DNA from: Candidatus Delongbacteria bacterium
GTDB taxonomy: Bacteria > CAIWAD01
Direction of reading: 5' to 3'
Assembly (NCBI GenBank): GCA_963663545.1
Contig: OY760505.1
Span: 416,001 to 480,000 of the forward strand
Length of the DNA stretch: 64,000 bases
The notes below the pieces were generated by a model. That model was not told the DNA's origin, ran no database searches, and was given only the letters and a program-made list of their open reading frames with translations. Positions 60,194 through 64,000 of the stretch are shown here, in pieces. The translations under genes and the position numbers were made by a program. The number at the start of each line of letters is the position of its first letter. Position 1 is the stretch's first letter.

Positions 60194-60391
60194 GCAATAT
60201 CACATCCGTGTGTCACAGCAACAAGGTCAGGATGTCATGTATTGATATTTCCTGTATAAGGAATGCGAGGGCGTATTGTACAGACATGCCAAGATCCGCG
60301 TCTCAAATGCACAACCACGAATCACGCTCGATCAGTACGGCGCTCATGCCCTGATTGTTTTGTGTCACATTTCACTTCCCGCACACTCAGA

Positions 60392-61192
60392 TTATTGCCA
60401 GAGGAAGGCGAGGGCACGCTTACCCAAAATGTAGTCGTCAAAGACAATCTCGGCGGGATTGTTACCGGCCAGGCCAACACACACATGCAAGGGCAGTAGG
60501 TGTTCCTCGCGAGGATGGCAATAACGGGCGCCGGGGGCGTCCTCCCAGTACAGCAGCCGCTGGAAACGCTTCGACTCCTCGGACGCATCCGTGCAGGCCT
60601 CTATAAGCCAGTTCTGAAAAGCATCATTCTCCGCATCGGGTTCGCGCCCTCCCTCAAAACGGAAAGCGCGCATGTTGTGAAAGGAGAAGCCGGAGCCGAT
60701 GATCAACACATTCTCCTGCAGCAAGGGTCGCAGGGCCTTGCCCAACTCCAGATGTGCCTGCGGATCCAGTCCACGCAGCAGCGAAAGTTGGGTCGAGGGG
60801 ATATCCGCTTCGGGGTAAGTCATCAACAGAGGCGCATACAGCCCGTGATCATACCCGCGCTCCTCATTGATGCTGGCGGGAATTCCCGCCTCCTGCAATA
60901 GCTCCAGCGCACGCGCTGCCAGGGTTGTATCACCAAGAGCAGGATACTGCAGCTGGTAGCTCTCCGGGGGAAAGCCGTAGTAGTCGTAGAACATGGAGGG
61001 CTGCTTTGCGCCAAGTAGTGTTGCAACTGATTCTTCCCAGTGTGCGCTGATGACGAGTATGTGATCTGGCCGGCGAAGGCGCTGGCTCAGGCCGCTCATG
61101 AATTCCACCATCGCTGCATGCGATGTATCACTTAGCAGCGGCAGCGGACCACCGCCGTGGGAGAAGTAGATCACCTGTCCCGGAGTCGCCAT
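60392..61192 (-). CDS. LigB/DODA-type extradiol dioxygenase
   Basis: FSHGGGP, ISAHW, YDYYGFP, DHG, GSG..FHN, HPREEHLLPL. Upstream start at 61318 is possible. Confidence 0.9.
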   Translation of the reverse strand: MATPGQVIYFSHGGGPLPLLSDTSHAAMVEFMSGLSQRLRRPDHILVISAHWEESVATLLGAKQPSMFYDYYGFPPESYQLQYPALGDTTLAARALELLQEAGIPASINEERGYDHGLYAPLLMTYPEADIPSTQLSLLRGLDPQAHLELGKALRPLLQENVLIIGSGFSFHNMRAFRFEGGREPDAENDAFQNWLIEACTDASEESKRFQRLLYWEDAPGARYCHPREEHLLPLHVCVGLAGNNPAEIVFDDYILGKRALAFLWQ

Positions 61193-61378
61193 GGCCTGCT
61201 CCCCGTTTGGTTCAGATTCCGCGCCCCTTGCCTGTGCGCCAAAGACCACCAGCATTGCAGTGACACAGCCGAAAAGGCACTTCGCCGACGATCGCAGAAT
61301 CATCATTCTCATCTGCATTTGCCTTCACGTGTGTTGCAAACTACGATCTGCCAATGGAATTGACAGCTCTGGGCCACT

Positions 61379-62128
61379 CTAGTGAAGTGGACCTTGCCCG
61401 ACTAGACTGCCATCCAGTGCAATCACGGCTTCCTCCAAAGGAAGACTGGTTCCGGAGAGCTCTCTGGCCTTAAGCGCCATGTAGCTCAAGCCGCCACAAC
61501 AGGGCACTTGCATGCGTACTACAATCACTTTCGTGATACCGCTACCCGCCATCATGGCAGCCAGTTTTTCCACATACCCCTCGGTTCGATCAAGTTTCGG
61601 ACAGGCCATGGCAATTGCGCGTCCTCGAATGAAGCGCCACTGTACATCGGGAGACGCGACGGCGGCACAGCTCGCCAGCAGCACAAGCTCCTTGCCGCGC
61701 AAGAAGGGAGCGTTTGTCGGCAGCAAGTGCAATTGAATCGGCCATTGCCCCAGCTCTGCCTGCATCACGCGTGCAGGAGCATCCGTCGTCGCGGCCTGTG
61801 TTGCAACCGAAGCGTCCGCCGTCAGGGTCATCAATCGGCTTCCGGGACAGCCTCCCGCCGCGTGATGCGCCGATGGATGTGCATTGGCAGAACCCGCCTG
61901 TGTCACATTCGCGGAACACACAGCGGAATCGTCAGTCGCCTCTGTGTCAACAATCCTCAGCGCTCCGGTTGGGCAAGTGCCGATGCAGGCGCCGAGACCG
62001 TCACAAAATTCTTGGCGCACAAGACGCGCCTTTCCTTCGATCACTTTGAGGGCACCATGCTCACAGCCCGTCTCACAATTCCCGCAGCCAGTACATAATT
62101 CTTCGTTGATGCTGATCCGCTTGCTCAT
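61379..62128 (-). CDS. 4Fe-4S dicluster protein with C-terminal Cys-rich domain
   Basis: CTGCGNC...C, CDGLGACIGTCP, GCPGS, QWPIQL, CPKLD, VPCCGGL. Confidence 0.88.
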   Translation of the reverse strand: MSKRISINEELCTGCGNCETGCEHGALKVIEGKARLVRQEFCDGLGACIGTCPTGALRIVDTEATDDSAVCSANVTQAGSANAHPSAHHAAGGCPGSRLMTLTADASVATQAATTDAPARVMQAELGQWPIQLHLLPTNAPFLRGKELVLLASCAAVASPDVQWRFIRGRAIAMACPKLDRTEGYVEKLAAMMAGSGITKVIVVRMQVPCCGGLSYMALKARELSGTSLPLEEAVIALDGSLVGQGPLH

Positions 62129-62215
62129 GGCCTCACTGCCTTTCGTAGCTTCTTGTGTCGCAGCATCTGCAGCTCGCGACTCGACAACAAATTGGCTTGT
62201 GCAGCTTTGCCGCAC

Positions 62216-62231
62216 CTTGACATGAGTCAAG
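62216..62231. promoter_or_regulatory. Crp/Fnr-type palindromic site CTTGAC-ATGA-GTCAAG
   Basis: Perfect 6-bp arms (TTGA-N6-TCAA) between the divergent Fe-S gene and the Crp/Fnr regulator. Confidence 0.75.
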
Positions 62232-62255
62232 CCATGACGAAGGGAAAGGGAACTG

Positions 62256-62942
62256 ATGCAGAATCTTCGCGCCGATGTGAAGGAGCTGATGCAGCTTCTG
62301 CAACAGACAGAACTTTTTGCTGAGACCGATCTGGAGGCTCTGGAAACTCTGGCTGCTGCAGCGGAATTGCGTGCTTGTGCGAGAGGAGAAATCCTCTTCA
62401 ACGCTGGCGATCGTGCCACAGGGCTTTATGTTGTTGCAGAAGGCCGCGTGCTGGTCAGTCGCGTGGGACGCGATGGCCGCGAGCAGATTCTGCACGATTT
62501 CGGACCCGGTGAATTGGTTGGCGAAGTGGCCATGTTCTCAGGAGGTGACTTTCCGGCAGGCGCCCAGGCAGCCGAAGCCGCCCGCGTACTGTTCTTGTCT
62601 CGTGATACATTCGTACGCTTGGCCCACGACCAGCCCGATTTGTTGCTGGGTTTGATTGCCGTACTGTCGCGGCGCCTGCGGCATTTCGTCCACCTTGTGG
62701 ATGATCTTTCGCTGAAGGAAGTTGACGCAAGGCTGGCGCGCATTCTGCTTGAAATGGCTGCAGGTGAAATCACATTCGAACTGCCGATGAGCAAAGCGCA
62801 ACTGGCAGCGCGCATCGGCACGATTCCCGAAACCCTGAGTCGTTGTCTGAAACGCCTTCAAAACAACGGCGTGATACAAGTTCAGGGACCGAAGCTGGAG
62901 CTGCTGAAGGTTCGCGTTCTGCAGCAGCTTGCCGGAGAATGA
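62256..62942 (+). CDS. Crp/Fnr-family transcriptional regulator (HcpR/Dnr-like)
   Basis: cNMP-binding fold plus HTH IGTIPETLSR; no N-terminal FNR cysteine cluster. Confidence 0.92.
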   Translation: MQNLRADVKELMQLLQQTELFAETDLEALETLAAAAELRACARGEILFNAGDRATGLYVVAEGRVLVSRVGRDGREQILHDFGPGELVGEVAMFSGGDFPAGAQAAEAARVLFLSRDTFVRLAHDQPDLLLGLIAVLSRRLRHFVHLVDDLSLKEVDARLARILLEMAAGEITFELPMSKAQLAARIGTIPETLSRCLKRLQNNGVIQVQGPKLELLKVRVLQQLAGE

Positions 62943-63003
62943 AGAACGGAAGCCCGGTTTGCAGACCCCTGTCCTCCCCCCAACTGCCGTCCTATTTATC
63001 GAT

Positions 63004-64000
63004 TCACATTCCGGACTGCGCTGAACTCTTTGCGGACTTCTGTGTCACGGGAAGCGCTTCCGGAGATCCCACGGGACCGGTTCCACTAGCCGTCACACGA
63101 TAGACGCCGGAACAAACCTGCTGCCAATCCAACTCGTGTACAGCCATCGTATCCGTCACACTGAACAACAGGCTCTCTGCGCCAAGGCCCACAGGGAGTT
63201 GCTGTGCCCAGTACACGTTGTACCCGTCGTGAAAGAGTAGCTCAGCTCCCTGGACATCTTGTATCACCGGCGACCACCTCAGCTGCACGCCACGCGGAAC
63301 AAGATTCAGCTGTAGATTCTGCACTTTGGCGGGTTGAACCTCGGGTAACACATGAACCTCGCATTCGGCCGAAACGGGTGCATTGACGCCATCCATCGCA
63401 ACAAAGGCGAAGACCTCCTCGCCCAGCCATGCACTCTGTGAGCAGATCTCAACCAGGCCGTCCTCCACACTGATCATCAGGTTTTCACAGTCCGTCCACG
63501 CAAAAGTCAGCTCTTGCTCTTCGGGATCTCTGAACACATAATGCAGATCAATGCTCGTGTTACAACGGCTATTGGGCAGCCAGATTTCGCCTGGAGCCTG
63601 GACCACAAAGGGCGGTAGATTCGGTTCCTCCACCTGAATACCCGTCACGTCCTGCACTGTCTCATTTCCGGCATGGTCACGAACCAGCAAGCGAAGGTCT
63701 AGCAAGCATCCAGCAGCCTCAACCGGAACGGTGATACTCTGCATGCCATCGTTTTCGGTAGCCTCCAACAGAATCTCCCACTCGCCACCGTCGAGGCTAA
63801 AAGCTACGCTCACCGGCTGTGATACAAAGCCGCTGCCTCCGCTGTCGGTAGCCGACCACATCAGATCAACGATCTCGCCCGTCAGCCAACTCTCACCACC
63901 TTCGGGATAGGTCCAGGCTGCCACCGGTGAAGTACCATCCCAACGCAGGTTGCACTCGGCACGCTGAGTATGATCACGATTACCACGACCATCCTCCAGC
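63004..64000 (-). CDS. C-terminal part of a large Ig-like domain surface protein (starts beyond the window)
   Basis: Frame is open to the window edge; YPEGGE..W.ATD and FRDPE..LTF Ig/cadherin-like modules. Confidence 0.7.
   Translation of the reverse strand, partial: LEDGRGNRDHTQRAECNLRWDGTSPVAAWTYPEGGESWLTGEIVDLMWSATDSGGSGFVSQPVSVAFSLDGGEWEILLEATENDGMQSITVPVEAAGCLLDLRLLVRDHAGNETVQDVTGIQVEEPNLPPFVVQAPGEIWLPNSRCNTSIDLHYVFRDPEEQELTFAWTDCENLMISVEDGLVEICSQSAWLGEEVFAFVAMDGVNAPVSAECEVHVLPEVQPAKVQNLQLNLVPRGVQLRWSPVIQDVQGAELLFHDGYNVYWAQQLPVGLGAESLLFSVTDTMAVHELDWQQVCSGVYRVTASGTGPVGSPEALPVTQKSAKSSAQSGM

Overview
GC-rich bacterial chromosomal window with genes mostly on the minus strand. Several secreted proteins carry PNPFNP-type C-terminal domains, which suggests an FCB-superphylum relative (inference only). 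From left to right: (1) a flagellar export segment, flhB-flhA-[REC-GAF-GAF-HD-GYP]-flhF (flhF partial); (2) HIT, SagB-type nitroreductase, a YidD-like/TPR cluster, an extended ECF sigma factor and DinB; (3) an accessory island at about 12.8-22.4 kb with ParDE, Fic, AbrB-Doc (doc has an amber stop), gene relics, two AT-rich cassette-like genes (HEPN-motif protein and PD-(D/E)XK nuclease) and an intact IS110 element; (4) ettA, then a DUF3800 gene bracketed by two ~270-bp self-complementary direct repeats; (5) a HicA/HicB-like pair, TfoX, an EamA transporter and large secreted proteins; (6) a housekeeping block (ftcD, glgC, elbB, rny, PHP, nadA, pepA, ispH, dxs, DHH, DUF2400); (7) signalling, transport and redox genes ending in a Crp/Fnr (HcpR-like) regulator with a palindromic site. 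For the IS110 the ends, CT core, circle-junction promoter and all four bridge-RNA guide segments can be read from the sequence. A degenerate palindrome, GTRWYAC, is strongly over-represented across the window. No rRNA, tRNA or CRISPR array was seen. All calls come from motif recognition by eye; no database search was run.
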